This document shows positions 63,531-64,000 of a DNA stretch of 64,000 nt, piece after piece (position 1 is the first letter of the stretch; each line of letters begins with the position of its first letter). The stretch lies in NCBI GenBank assembly GCA_001949185.1, contig BDGG01000003.1:624679-688678 (forward strand). Reading direction: 5' to 3'. The notes beneath the pieces were generated by a model. The model was not told the DNA's origin, searched no databases, and saw only the letters and a list, made by a program, of their open reading frames with translations. Source of the DNA: Ramazzottius varieornatus (Eukaryota; Animalia; Tardigrada). A program made the position numbers and the translations under genes.

Positions 63531-64000
63531 TATTTGCGTCTCCAGCCGCCCATACTCGGTAGATAAAACAGCGTTTTCGCAATCAGAATTCAAGTGGATT
63601 CTAGTGAGTAGTACTTCGCTCGAGAACTCAGTGCGGTGGTACTCTCGTATGATTAAACACATGATCATTTATGCGAGAGCCATAACGTGGGGAGAACGTT
63701 CACGTTGATGTGCTAGTTTTTTTGATCGGGTTAGCGTAGGTAGAACTGGCTTTATTCGACGGACATTGTCCAAGTGTACCGGTATGTCGCCTCTCAATTC
63801 AATTTCCATGGTACTGTATCACGTCTTTATACCCTACGTACAAACCTTTCCGGGCCTCCGGATCCAGACTTATTAATTAAGGCGAAGTGGGCTGCAAGGA
63901 CTTCCCCACGAGACGTGATACCCCGCATTAAGCAGCACTGTTATTCAAACATGACCATTACAGCATAATAGCTCTGCGGACCATCCTGCTTCACCCTTGT

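Overview
Eukaryotic, gene-dense animal genomic window with short GT-AG introns and one 50-N assembly gap (36788-36837). The compact introns and gene content suggest a small invertebrate, plausibly a tardigrade, but this is inference only. Spliced genes I could reconstruct: EDEM1-like GH47 mannosidase, a rhodopsin-class GPCR, a small His/Arg/Tyr-rich secreted pro-peptide, a CBM14 chitin-binding protein with a Q/S/A/G tail, NF-YA, a PP2C, CIAO2A/FAM96A, two tandem prolyl-4-hydroxylase alpha genes, NAGK, an Ebony-like T+C-domain gene with no visible adenylation domain, a Ly6/three-finger protein, a secreted 6-Cys protein, a reduced intersectin-L-like gene and a C2CD6/CatSper-tau-like gene. Decayed GPCR, gustatory-receptor and BTB fragments are also present. 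DNA transposons are abundant: a Tc4/Tc5-type element with a TTA duplication in CTTAG, two hAT-type elements with 8-bp TSDs, TA-flanked MITEs and foldbacks. Best leads: the A-domain-less Ebony-like didomain, the cationic His/Tyr peptide, the CatSper-tau-like gene, and an apparent excess of TA-C(A/T)G-TA motifs that look like Tc1/mariner excision footprints. All family calls come from motif recognition, not from database searches.
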